In this document: positions 1 to 12,738 of the stretch, one piece after another | Layout: every line of letters begins with the position of its first letter | Position numbering within the stretch: position 1 is the stretch's first letter | Origin: an uncultured Verrucomicrobiae bacterium | GTDB taxonomy: Bacteria; Verrucomicrobiota; Verrucomicrobiia; Limisphaerales; Palsa-1400 | Assembly (NCBI GenBank): GCA_963764165.1 | Contig: CAVXRD010000004.1 | Location: forward strand, 723,812 to 787,811 | DNA length: 64,000 nt | Direction of reading: 5' to 3' | The notes under the pieces: model-generated | The model's database searches: none | Told to the model about the DNA's origin: nothing | What the model saw: only the letters and a program-made list of their open reading frames with translations | Made by a program: the position numbers and the translations under genes

Positions 1-693
1 ACCGATGACACTGGCAAAGTTGTGCCTATCTCCGGCATCTCCTGCGAATCCTGCCATAGCGCCGGCAAGGATTGGATCAAGATCCATAGCGCCACCAACG
101 AACCCGGCCATCTTGAAAAAGCCGAAAAGCTCGGGATGCTTTTGCCCAGCAATTTCTATGCGGTTGCCGCCAACTGCTTCTCTTGTCACACGGTGCCAGA
201 AGAGAAACTTGTCAATGTTGGCGGACACAAGGCCGGCAGTGATTTCGAGTTGGTTTCGTGGCTGTCGGGCGAAGTCCGCCACAATCTTCAAAAATCCGGC
301 GGCAAAGTGAATGCGGAAATTCCGGTCGAGCGCCGCAGGATGTTTTATATCATTGGCCGCGCCCTTGATTTGGAATTCAGCCTGCGCGGCCTGGCCAAAG
401 CGACCGAGGATGGCGCGTATGCAAAGGCGATGCTCGCGCGGGTTGCCGACTCTCAGGCGAAGATGGCAGAAATCGCAAAAGCGTCCGATTTGCCGGAGGT
501 CAAGAAGATGCTGGATACCGTCAAAGCGGACGATTTGAAACCCGGAAACGCGGACAAGGTAACGAAAATGGCTGATGAAATAAGCGGGATCAGCAGCGGA
601 TTGGCAAAGAGCCAGGACGGATCCAAGCTCGCCTCGGTTGACGGGCTGATTCCGGGACCGGATAAATACAAAGGGACCCCTTACAAACCGTAG
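1..693 (+). CDS. Multiheme c-type cytochrome, 5'-truncated by the window edge
   Basis: Frame is open from base 1 (TDDTGKVVPISGISCESCH). Two CxxCH motifs are visible (CESCH, CFSCH). Confidence 0.8.
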   Translation, partial: TDDTGKVVPISGISCESCHSAGKDWIKIHSATNEPGHLEKAEKLGMLLPSNFYAVAANCFSCHTVPEEKLVNVGGHKAGSDFELVSWLSGEVRHNLQKSGGKVNAEIPVERRRMFYIIGRALDLEFSLRGLAKATEDGAYAKAMLARVADSQAKMAEIAKASDLPEVKKMLDTVKADDLKPGNADKVTKMADEISGISSGLAKSQDGSKLASVDGLIPGPDKYKGTPYKP

Positions 694-859
694 CTGGGTT
701 CAATGGGGCCGGCCAGGTATGAACTTTTGCCGCCGCGGTGGCGTCATTCACAGGCTGGTCAGACGGGTTGCGGATGCTTTGCAGACCCCCAACTGCATGG
801 CGTCCCTTCGCGCAAATTTAACTCGGATCAATCGAATTTAATGACGAAGCTGTCTGGTT

Positions 860-2602
860 ATGGCCGAAGATTCTCAAGGCATTAAGCGCCCAAGACGCTG
901 GGATGTTCCATTCCAAAGCGAGTTGGCGGAGACGGCGGCCAATCCGATGTCCGAACAGGACGTGGAGCGGTTGATGCAAATCCCTCTTTTTAAGAAGATG
1001 GATCCGAATCGTTTCCCGCCGACCACGCCGTTGCGCGACATTCTTATCAACGACGGCCGGTTGCGCCGTTTCAAATCCGGGGACATTATAGTCCGCCAAG
1101 GGGACTATGGAAATTCGGCCTTCATTGTGCTTTCTGGTTCGGCGACTGTCGTTCTCGACAAACTCGGAGACGAAGTCACTGGGCGCAAGCAGCCGACCCG
1201 CAAAAGCTTTTTCGACGCCCTGGCGCAGTTGTGGACCAACCCTAAACTGCCTGAAGTTCGCAACCTGACGGAACGCCGCGCTCCGCGGCCGGTTGGCCAG
1301 ACGGACATCATCCCCAAGTCCGAAGCGGTGTTCGTCCAAGACATCAACGTCATCATCAAGGACAAGAAAAAAGTGAACTTGCCGGCGGGCGAATTGTTCG
1401 GTGAAATCGCCGCCCTAAGCCGCACGCCGCGCACGACGACCGTGATCGCCGGCGCCGATTCGGAGATGCTGGAGATTCGATGGCAAGGATTGCGGGAAAT
1501 CCGAATGCATGCCCCGCAATTCAAAGCGTACGTGGACAAACTCTACCGCGATAACAGCCTTATAAATCATCTGCGCGAAACCGCGATGTTCAGCCGTCTG
1601 GACGACGCGGCCTTGGAGCGCGTCGCCGCCTCGACCGAGTTCCTGACGTTTGGAAATTTTGAATGGTATGCCGCCTACTCAAAAATTCGCGAGGCCACCG
1701 CTTCGGAACGAATCCACGAAGAGCCCATTGTCGCGCAGGAAGGCCATTATCCCAACGGCGTTTACCTGATACGCAGCGGATTCGCCCGCTTGAGCGAAGC
1801 GTATAATAATGTCGAACGCACTGTCAGCTATTTGGGTCGCGGACAGACGTTTGGTTTTGAGGAAGCCGCGACAAATTGGAAGAAAAAGTCGGATGTGCCA
1901 TTTCAGCGCACGCTCCGGGCGGTCGGCTATGTGGACGTTTTGTTTGTGCCAACGTCCGTCCTGGAACAGCATGTTTTCCCAACGATTCCCGCCGCTGAGA
2001 TTCCGCAGGTGGAAGAGCGCGCTGGCAGCCGCGGATGGAGCCCGGAAAGCCCCGACACGAAAATCAGCAGCGAGATGATGGAATTCGTCGTTGAGCAGAG
2101 GTTCATCAACGGAACCGCTGCCATGATCATCGACATGGAGCGCTGCACGCGCTGCGACGATTGCGTCAGAGCCTGCGCCGCCACGCATGACAATAATCCG
2201 CGCTTCCTGCGGCATGGGCCTATTCAAGACGGGTTCATGATCGCCAACGCCTGCATGCACTGCCAGGATCCTGTCTGCATGATTGGATGCCCCACTGGAG
2301 CGATCCACCGCGAATCCGCGCATGGCCGCGTCGTTATCAACGATCAGACTTGCATCGGATGCGCCACCTGCGCGAATAGTTGCCCTTACAATAATATTCA
2401 AATGGTGACCGCGCGAAATAAAGATGGCCGCCCTTTTTTCGACCAAGCCACGAATCAACCAATTCAGAAGGCTGCCAAATGCGACCTTTGTTCAACGCAG
2501 ATCACCGGCCCGGCGTGCGCCAACGCCTGCCCGCATGACGCTCTTGTCCGGATGGATATGAGGAGCGTCGACAAATTGGCGGAATGGACGGGCCGCCGAT
2601 GA
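860..2602 (+). CDS. Protein with tandem cyclic-nucleotide-binding domains and a C-terminal 4Fe-4S (DmsB/NrfC-like) domain
   Basis: cNMP signatures IVRQGDYG...FGEIAALSRTPRTTTV and a second VAQEG...FGFEE. Cys clusters CTRCDDCVRAC, CMHCQDPVC..CP, CIGCATCANSCP and KCDLC...PACANACP. Confidence 0.9.
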   Translation: MAEDSQGIKRPRRWDVPFQSELAETAANPMSEQDVERLMQIPLFKKMDPNRFPPTTPLRDILINDGRLRRFKSGDIIVRQGDYGNSAFIVLSGSATVVLDKLGDEVTGRKQPTRKSFFDALAQLWTNPKLPEVRNLTERRAPRPVGQTDIIPKSEAVFVQDINVIIKDKKKVNLPAGELFGEIAALSRTPRTTTVIAGADSEMLEIRWQGLREIRMHAPQFKAYVDKLYRDNSLINHLRETAMFSRLDDAALERVAASTEFLTFGNFEWYAAYSKIREATASERIHEEPIVAQEGHYPNGVYLIRSGFARLSEAYNNVERTVSYLGRGQTFGFEEAATNWKKKSDVPFQRTLRAVGYVDVLFVPTSVLEQHVFPTIPAAEIPQVEERAGSRGWSPESPDTKISSEMMEFVVEQRFINGTAAMIIDMERCTRCDDCVRACAATHDNNPRFLRHGPIQDGFMIANACMHCQDPVCMIGCPTGAIHRESAHGRVVINDQTCIGCATCANSCPYNNIQMVTARNKDGRPFFDQATNQPIQKAAKCDLCSTQITGPACANACPHDALVRMDMRSVDKLAEWTGRR

Positions 2603-3408
2603 CGCTCGTCGCGCGCCGATATCTTGGCTGGGGGGTTTTGCTGGCGGCTGCTGGCGCTGCATGGCTTGGAGATTTTGCTTTGCGGGTTCATTTGCGGCGG
2701 AGCGAGCTGCGGACCGGCGTCGCCCTTTTCGCGACAGTCATTTTATTGACGCTTTTCAACGCGCGGAAAAAGCTGCCCTTCCTCCCGCTGCTTCGCGCTT
2801 CCACATGGATGCAAATTCATATTTACGCGGGGTTGTTTAGCTGCGTTTTGTTCGCGCTCCACGTCGGGTGGAGATTTCCGCGCGGCACCCTTGAGACGGT
2901 CCTCGCGGTGCTGTTTTGTTTGGTGTCGGCTAGCGGCGTGGTTGGGCTGGTGCTTTCCCGGCGGTTGCCTTCCCAGCTTAATACCTCTGGGGAAAACGTC
3001 ATATTTGAGCGAATCCCGGCCTTGCGCGCGGCGCTGAGGAGCGAAGTGGAAGCGTTAGTTCTCGAATCCGTCGCTAAAACTCAATCCTCCACCATCGCGG
3101 ATTTCTACCAGCTTAAGCTGCAAGGCTATTTTGCCCGCCAGCGCCATGTCTGGCAGCACGTCGCCGGATACGATAAACCAATCTTCAAACTGGTTTCCGA
3201 AGTGCAGGCGCTCGATCGCTATCTAAACCTGGAGGAGCGTGGCATCATGACATCTGTGCTGGAGAAAGTTTTGGCCAAAAACCACCTGGATGTCCAACTC
3301 GCCCGGCAAGGCCTGCTCAAAGGCTGGCTCTTTGTGCACATCCCACTCACCTACTCAATGATTCTCGTGGCAACAGTGCACGGGTTCGTGGCGTGGAAAC
3401 TTTCATGA
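2599..3408 (+). CDS. Multi-pass membrane protein with conserved His residues (possible heme b subunit)
   Basis: Several hydrophobic helices, motifs WMQIHIYAG, LHVG and WLFVHIPL. Start overlaps the upstream stop (ATGA). Confidence 0.75.
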   Translation: MTLVARRYLGWGVLLAAAGAAWLGDFALRVHLRRSELRTGVALFATVILLTLFNARKKLPFLPLLRASTWMQIHIYAGLFSCVLFALHVGWRFPRGTLETVLAVLFCLVSASGVVGLVLSRRLPSQLNTSGENVIFERIPALRAALRSEVEALVLESVAKTQSSTIADFYQLKLQGYFARQRHVWQHVAGYDKPIFKLVSEVQALDRYLNLEERGIMTSVLEKVLAKNHLDVQLARQGLLKGWLFVHIPLTYSMILVATVHGFVAWKLS

Positions 3409-3418
3409 GGCTTCCCTG

Positions 3419-5556
3419 ATGCGCCGCCTCCAGGAATTCGGTTTCGAACAGAGCTCTTACGAGCGGCCCAATCAAAAGTGGATCTGCGGGCGCGCATGCG
3501 AGGGCAAATGCTGCCTGGCCGGGCCGGATGCCAAGGGCAACTGCAACGCTTCCGCCGAATGCCGCCCCTTGCGAAAGGGCGACCGCTGGCAATGCGCGCG
3601 CCCGGCATTTCTTGGCGGCCCGTGCGCCGACGGCCCGCTGCCGGATGGCAAATGCTGCCGGGCCATTCCCAAATGCACACCGATTCGCAGCTTGCGTTCC
3701 TGGCGGGGAATTGCGGTCTCTCTCGTTGTGGCCATCACACTGGGATTTCTCTTGCTTGCCTTCGGCTCGCGGCGTGGAAGCCAAGTGCTCTCCCCTGGTG
3801 AGCTCACATTTTCGCACAGCTTCATGGGCGACGATTGCACAAGCTGCCATGGCGCGGCGGGCGGGCGTCCGGCCGCTTGGGGGGCGGTGACAGCAGGCTC
3901 GATAGGAGCCCACGACAACAGCGCGCTTTGCCTCAACTGCCACAGCGTTGGCGCCGCGCCTCTCCAGCCGCACTCCTTATCGTCTGCGCAGCTGCAAAGC
4001 TTGAATCGTTCGCTTGTCAATCGGGACGGGTCGGGCAAGCCCCCCCTCACCTTGGCGCTGGCATCATTTGTGTCGCACCCGAATCCGCACGGCGAAGAGG
4101 GCGCCGCAGGCCTCGCATGCGCATCCTGCCACAAGGAGCATCGCGGAAAGGATGCGGATCTCCGGAAACTTTCCAACGATCAATGCCAGAACTGCCACGC
4201 CACTCAATTCAAGAACTTTGCCAGCGGACATCCGCCATTTTCCCACTATCCCACGACCCGCCGCACGCGCATCATCTTCGACCATCTGTCTCATTTGAAC
4301 ACGCATTTTAAGGATGCGTCTGTGGCGAAATTCGCTCCCGGCTCCTGCCTGGATTGCCACCAAACCGACCTGCGGGGCCAAACAATGGTCGTCAAATCGT
4401 TTGAAGCAGCGTGCGCGTCCTGCCATGACGACCAGATCAAGGGCAAATCCGCTGTCAAGACTGGTATCCCGTTCATTAACATTCCTCGCATGGACGACCG
4501 CGCGCTCTCTGGCGAATTTTCCATTGGCGAATGGCCCGAAGATGCGGATCAGCCAATTACGCCGTTTTTGCGATTTCTTCTTTCGTCCGATCCAGCGATG
4601 CGCGATTCCCTGGCGAAACTCAAGGGAACTGATCTTTCAAATTTGCCAAAGACCAATGCGGTAATATTGAAAGCCGCCCAGACGGTCGCTTGGGGCGTGA
4701 AATCACTCATCCTCGATCTCGAAACGCAGGGGCAGCCTGAGATGGTGAAGCGCGCCGCCTCGTCCTTGAATCGCACACTTTCCGATCACGAAATTGAGGG
4801 GCTCGTGGCATTTCTCGGCACAGAATCGCTGCGGGCCGCGTTCCAATCAGCCTTTCCGAATCTGCAAAAGGAACTTCTCGATTACCGCAAGAACTCAAAG
4901 CCCGCCGCGACGAAATTGGTATCGTCACCAGAATTGGCGGCTCCCGGTCCGATTAAGCCTCCGCCCGCAGATGTGCAGGTGGGACAAGGCGGTTGGTATA
5001 GCGCGGATGGTTCGTTCACGCTATCCTACCACCCGCGCGGACACGCAGACCGTTTTCTCAGCTCGTGGATGAGCTTGACGGTGGACGCCAGCAAGACGAC
5101 TGATCCGGCGAGCGCGAGTGCGCTCTTTAACGACCTTTCCGCGCCGAAGGCGGTTGGCCTCTGCGCCAAGTGCCATAGCATTGACGATGCGCCAGTGAAA
5201 TTGGTCAATTGGATGCCGCTGGAACCCGATCAAACAGAGCACGGTTTCACCCGCTTCGCGCATTCGCCACACCTCAGTTTGCTCGACAACAGGGGATGTT
5301 TGACTTGCCATTCGTGGGCGACATCAGATGGAACGGGCAAAGATTCCTACGCCGCCGCATTCGATCCAGGCCAGCGCGATCCTTCCATATTTCACAGCAA
5401 TTTTCAAACGATCGACAAATCCCGGTGCGCGAGCTGCCACCAGCCCCACCAAGTGCGTGAGGATTGCCTGCTCTGCCACAATTATCACATCGGAAACTTC
5501 AAGCCCGTCGTGGCTCACGCAAAGTTCATTCCCGCCACGCCCGCCAGAATTGCTAA

Positions 5557-5560
<4 letters not shown>
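3419..5560 (+). CDS. Membrane-anchored decaheme cytochrome c with a Cys-rich N-terminus
   Basis: Ten CxxCH motifs counted (CTSCH, CLNCH, CASCH, CQNCH, CLDCH, CASCH, CAKCH, CLTCH, CASCH, CLLCH) after a TM helix GIAVSLVVAITLGFLLLAF. Confidence 0.9.
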
Positions 5561-8256
<2,696 letters not shown>

Positions 8257-8433
8257 TGGGGGGGTGCAAACGATTGAGTTACAAAGAGGTTAAATCCCAG
8301 CGAATCTCAGACCGATCCTCCATTCGATTTGCTCTTTGGCCAAATCTGGCAAGGTTCGCGTGTTTTAATGAGCGCCTGGAGATATTTCGGAACGGCAATT
8401 TTAAACTTCACACATGCAACAACTTACATCGCA

Positions 8434-8446
8434 TGGCGGAAGGGGT
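8434..8446 (+). repeat. Left att core, TGGCGGAAGGGGT
   Basis: Identical to 56052..56064, the reverse complement of the last 13 nt of tRNA-Ser including CCA. Confidence 0.9.
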
Positions 8447-8685
8447 TGTTTCCGCGCCCCTTTTGTCATTTAATGATCCGGGCCATAAGGCACGATTCGC
8501 CTCCGCCCTCCGAGTTCATTTCCAAGTTACTGTTAGATAAACGGTTGCACGCGAATCTTACGCAGAAACAACTCGCTTCCAAACTTGGAGTCAGTGTTAA
8601 AACGGTAAAGAATTGGGAATCCGGTCGCACGAAGCCCGGCTTGGAAATCCGGCGCGAGCTCATGCATTTCTTCTGCGATGCATGA
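8434..8685 (+). CDS. XRE-family HTH coding segment starting at the att core; predicted C-terminal domain of the recombinase in the excised form (standalone start possible at ATG 8473)
   Basis: WRKGLFPRPFCHL...KRLHANLTQKQLASKLGVSVKTVKNWESGRTKP is a clear XRE HTH. WRKG is encoded by the att core. Confidence 0.8.
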   Translation, partial: WRKGLFPRPFCHLMIRAIRHDSPPPSEFISKLLLDKRLHANLTQKQLASKLGVSVKTVKNWESGRTKPGLEIRRELMHFFCDA

Positions 8686-9168
8686 TCATCCTCCGTCGAG
8701 AATCCATGCATTCGGCATAGAAATTCGCCCGGCTTGGCCAAAGTTCAATGCGTTGCAAAAATTGAAACAGAAGCTTTTGCGCGCAGTCCACCATCCGTCG
8801 TGCGCGATGTTGCCTTTTTGCGACCGCACCGTAAGGGCTTTGACGAGTCGGCTCGGGTCTTGCACCTCAGCTCCGCCGGCCTGCCGACCTGCTTCCCGCA
8901 CCACTTTGCCCAGCACCGTACGCGCGTCATAGAGTCGCAGACAGCGGCAGGTGTGCGATCCCGATTCGCAAAAGAGGCGTACAACCGGCGGGCTTTTAAT
9001 CGCTCGCTGCACTGTTGGTCAAAAAATCGGCCGAACTTCTAAAAAGAAGTTCAGCCAGACAACAATCGGTCTGAGATTGCCGCCGCGTTTGATCTGCAAA
9101 AAATGCAGAAATGCAGGCATTCGGCCCGCTCAGTTACTTAATCGGCGGATTTAAAATAAACTTTAGGG

Positions 9169-11688
9169 CTAAATTTCTGGTGCACGCTCAATGGCCGCAC
9201 GCTTGCCGATATTCTTAATTGCGCTCGCAAGTGCCTTTTGTTTGTCTTCCTCAAATGCCGCCGAAACAGCGGGCATAATGTCGTCGGCGTCATTCAGTAA
9301 GAATTCACCCTTTTCGCGGGCTTCATCTGTCTGAAGATACCGGACAAAAGCGGTCGCACGATCCAGTCGCGACGTCATCCGGTTTCGACGTTCAACATTC
9401 GTTCCCGCAATCCGTTCACTAACAGCAGCTTTGCAGAAGGAATGATAAAGGCTTTCGTCTGCCAAGCCGCAATCCAACGAAACCATTTCCAAATACGTAA
9501 ACGTCCGGGAAAGATGTTCCAGCATATAAATACCGAACGCGGTTATTCGAATCTCATCAGCGTAAATTAATTCTTTACCGTCGGTCCCAGCTTTTTCAAC
9601 CGAATACGAATCCAAGCGGTTATTGGCTTCAACAAGCCCATGACGCAAAAGCACATCAAGCGCAGATTCGCAGTCCTGGCGCATTCCGAATTTACTTTCG
9701 AATTCGTCGATCAGACCATCCACGCGCCAATACCCACCCGAATCTGGCGACATTCCGGTGCCATGTCTTAACATCCGCAAAAGCCGAACCGTTGTGAAAT
9801 GTGAACCGTGCTGGGGCGTTCTACATTGATAAATGTTCGGTATTAAGCTCTTATTCTCGTCGTAATTAAACCTTTGTGGCACCATCATCGGCTTAATTAC
9901 TTGATGGCTGATCACCGTCCAGTGAATGTTGTTAATCATCTCTTCCACATGGGTATATCCTGAGGATACAAACTGACCGAAAAACTCCAGGGCAAGACGC
10001 GTGTTATCGCGGGAGCATTCTTCGAGAAACCGCCTGAATGCGTTGTTCCTGTCGCGAAACTGGAGCAGGCACGCAATAAAAAACTTCTTTAGTTCTTCAA
10101 AGGGAGCGTCTTCAGGAAGAGTCTCTAATATGCTGGTGCGCCCCTGCGCCGCAAGGTCCGTGATTACCATCCGAATTCTTTTCGTGAAGACGCCTGCCAA
10201 ATCTGGCGCGGCGAGATGATACCCTGCATTCTGATACGCGTCCAACACCCCCACCGTTCGCGCCCGACAATATCGCTCTTCCCGCATAGAGATAATCCCG
10301 ACACACTCTAATTCTCGAGAAATGTTCTGCGCCAAGAGAAAACAATGATCCTGCAAAACGGGCGGAAGTTGATCCGTGTTGTCAAAAGCAATGATCAGCT
10401 TCTTGCCATTCCGAAGCCAGTAATTTTTGAGTCGCTGAGCCACATAAACTTTGTCTTCCTTCCATTTGACAGCCAATGCATTCCGCGCGCGAATGAAGCC
10501 TCCACTTCCCATTCCGTACCCAGCAAGCTCCTGTTTCTTAGCAATCTCAAATTTATCTTCAAAAAGCTGCAAAAGACTCTCCATTGAACCATCCAATAGC
10601 CCGTCCTGATCTAAGGCAATAGTAATTTTGTTCCAAATGTATGTTGTTAGATCATTTTTTTCCTGTGGGGCCCGAAGGCAATCGACAATGATTGGAAAGC
10701 CACGAAGCACCAGCTGTGTTGGCGCATCGTGATATAGCAATCGCCTTAAAAACGTCGATTTCCCGGCTCCTTTGCCTCCATATAATATTAAAACCTCGCC
10801 GCCGGAATTCCTTTGAAGTGACCGTGCGATTCGGTCACTCAATTTTCCACCCGTTCTCACATTCGCAATATTCTCGGCCCCATCGGCTTTGAAAAAAGTT
10901 GTTAGATCGTCCGTTAGCCGTGTTTTCATTCCTTGCTCAACTTGCCGCGTTCCACGGGCAAAGACGTAACAATGATCCATCATTCTTTTGTCAGTGGAGG
11001 CTATTTCTCCAAAATATTTTCGGGAAATCGGCTCAAGGAATTTTGCAAATGGGTTCTTCTGTACGGTGGCATCATAGTGTGTGATACCATTTTTTGCATA
11101 ATATAACTCACGACCGACGTCCCGCCCGAAACCAAAGGCCAACTGAAGTGAACGGTCACTCGTTATTGCCTGGCACCCAAGGAGGTTATAAGCCTCTGTA
11201 AATTTATCAGAAAAAAAGGCTAAATCGTATATTACCAAGGCGTCGGCATCCATGAAATGCTTTCCAGGAATGAAACTCCGAAAAATTATAAACTCGTGGC
11301 CATTCGTCACACATGCGTATTGGCATCCGATGTCTGGACAATATTGCGCTGCCTGCTGTACTGCACTGGCAGTGCTTGCGTCGGTCGCAAGTGTCCGCAG
11401 GCGAACCGTCCGAACATCGTGCCGTTGTTTACCCGCCCTGGTTGGCAATTTGAAATAGTCGCCCTCTCTTTTCGCCTCGATTAGCAAAACGGAACGATCA
11501 GCTTTGTCGCGTAAGACATAATCGATGTAACCGGGATGCACATGCTGCTCGCACTTTACGCTTTCGCGAGGCCAAGCCAGAACTTCATGCAAAAGAGGAT
11601 CAACGATCTGGTGTCTCGTGTCGGCTTCATTAAGGTCACGAGTGCCAAATTTTTTTACAAGCTCCGCAGCGATTTCCCGTCCCGTCAT
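9169..11688 (-). CDS. HsdR_N-like PD-(D/E)xK nuclease fused to a P-loop NTPase; putative defence protein
   Basis: N-terminal NEADTR...IDYVL...LIEAKR and TNGHEF. Walker A GGKGAGKST, Walker B IIAFDNTDQ. Confidence 0.75.
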   Translation of the reverse strand: MTGREIAAELVKKFGTRDLNEADTRHQIVDPLLHEVLAWPRESVKCEQHVHPGYIDYVLRDKADRSVLLIEAKREGDYFKLPTRAGKQRHDVRTVRLRTLATDASTASAVQQAAQYCPDIGCQYACVTNGHEFIIFRSFIPGKHFMDADALVIYDLAFFSDKFTEAYNLLGCQAITSDRSLQLAFGFGRDVGRELYYAKNGITHYDATVQKNPFAKFLEPISRKYFGEIASTDKRMMDHCYVFARGTRQVEQGMKTRLTDDLTTFFKADGAENIANVRTGGKLSDRIARSLQRNSGGEVLILYGGKGAGKSTFLRRLLYHDAPTQLVLRGFPIIVDCLRAPQEKNDLTTYIWNKITIALDQDGLLDGSMESLLQLFEDKFEIAKKQELAGYGMGSGGFIRARNALAVKWKEDKVYVAQRLKNYWLRNGKKLIIAFDNTDQLPPVLQDHCFLLAQNISRELECVGIISMREERYCRARTVGVLDAYQNAGYHLAAPDLAGVFTKRIRMVITDLAAQGRTSILETLPEDAPFEELKKFFIACLLQFRDRNNAFRRFLEECSRDNTRLALEFFGQFVSSGYTHVEEMINNIHWTVISHQVIKPMMVPQRFNYDENKSLIPNIYQCRTPQHGSHFTTVRLLRMLRHGTGMSPDSGGYWRVDGLIDEFESKFGMRQDCESALDVLLRHGLVEANNRLDSYSVEKAGTDGKELIYADEIRITAFGIYMLEHLSRTFTYLEMVSLDCGLADESLYHSFCKAAVSERIAGTNVERRNRMTSRLDRATAFVRYLQTDEAREKGEFLLNDADDIMPAVSAAFEEDKQKALASAIKNIGKRAAIERAPEI

Positions 11689-11794
11689 ATAGGATTATAG
11701 TCAGAATGGAAAACAATTCACAACGCCGGAAACGAAGTTTTTTGCAAGTTTCGTTCATAATTGAACCGAACTCCGGCCCTGGCCCCTCGACCGC

Positions 11795-11954
11795 CGCCTC
11801 GCCGGGTTGGATGCGAATTCGGGTTTGTTCGCCGCGCCCTCGTCCCATTTTACCATCCGGTCAAGGTCGTTCCGGATCAGCCCGGTCGAAGGCGTTCCAC
11901 CGCGCTCGCCCAGCCTTGACTTCGGACAATGCATCCAGAGGGCGGGCGGTGACC
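11795..11954. repeat. ~160-bp imperfect direct repeat, copy 1
   Basis: Shares identical blocks ATTCGGGTTTGTTCGCCGCGCCCTC, CAGCCCGGTCGAAGGCGTT and TGACTTCGGAC with 14911..15073. Confidence 0.85.
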
Positions 11955-11984
11955 GTGCCTCCTTTCCAGAATCCTCCCGCGCCT

Positions 11985-12275
11985 GGCGTGTGGTGGGTAT
12001 ACGTATGCGACGTTAAGAAACTTGATGCAGGGCGGGCGTCTCACAAGGAATTGGCGGAAATCGCCGTGGCCAAAACCGCCGCAGTCGAACAAAATATCCG
12101 GACGGCGCAGCAACTGGCGAATTCGAGAGGAAACGTCGAAACGGTCGACTACGCCTCAGGAACAGCAAAACCGAGGTCAAGCGCTGGGGACAGTGTATAC
12201 GTCCAAGGCTACTATCGAAAGAATGGCACCTATGTGTCGTCGTATACCCGCAGCGCACCGTCACATCATCGTTAG
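11985..12275 (+). pseudogene. C-terminal gene fragment with a VxGYYRxNGTYV motif
   Basis: Ends VYVQGYYRKNGTYVSSYTRSAP. The upstream part of the tracked ORF runs through the DNA repeat and looks non-coding. Confidence 0.45.
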
Positions 12276-12278
12276 TGG

Positions 12279-12737
12279 TTATTGGCAGCTTGATGGAACC
12301 TTTACCAACGCCCCGGACCCGTCCCAAACGTATACTCGGAACGCCCGAGGCCAGCTCCGATAAATCAAAGAAATAGGATGCTTTGTTGGCGAAAACTTGA
12401 AATTCGCCATTGTTTTCATAGCGGACGTGTCATGTATGCTCGGATTTAAGGAGACGCCCGGATGCTTGTGCCAGTCTCCGACATAGTCAATCTTCCCGTT
12501 CGATTCACGACTAACATTATCGCAAAACCTCTGAGCGTGCTCACCATCAATCGTTACACTGAAGCGCTCCAAAACCGACTTCGGCCCTGGACCGATTGCA
12601 TCAACAACAATGAGCACACGGTTTTCGGTAACGTATCCCGCTAATGGCCCGCCAGTTTCAGTCCTCCACACCTTTCGAGCCTCAGTTTTGATAATATCGA
12701 GGCACTTTTTCAATATGATGACGCGGTCGAAATCCAT
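12279..12737 (-). CDS. Prokaryotic JAB/MPN+ isopeptidase (Cap3-like)
   Basis: ETGG and YVGDWHKHP...PSIHD metalloprotease motif. ATG lies 1 nt after the E2-E1 stop. Confidence 0.9.
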   Translation of the reverse strand: MDFDRVIILKKCLDIIKTEARKVWRTETGGPLAGYVTENRVLIVVDAIGPGPKSVLERFSVTIDGEHAQRFCDNVSRESNGKIDYVGDWHKHPGVSLNPSIHDTSAMKTMANFKFSPTKHPISLIYRSWPRAFRVYVWDGSGALVKVPSSCQ

Positions 12738-12738
12738 G

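Noticed and set aside
8329..8433. N-terminal 35 codons of the tracked 118-aa HTH ORF
   Set aside because: They lie outside the att core in host sequence, start at TTG and show no domain features; probably fortuitous.
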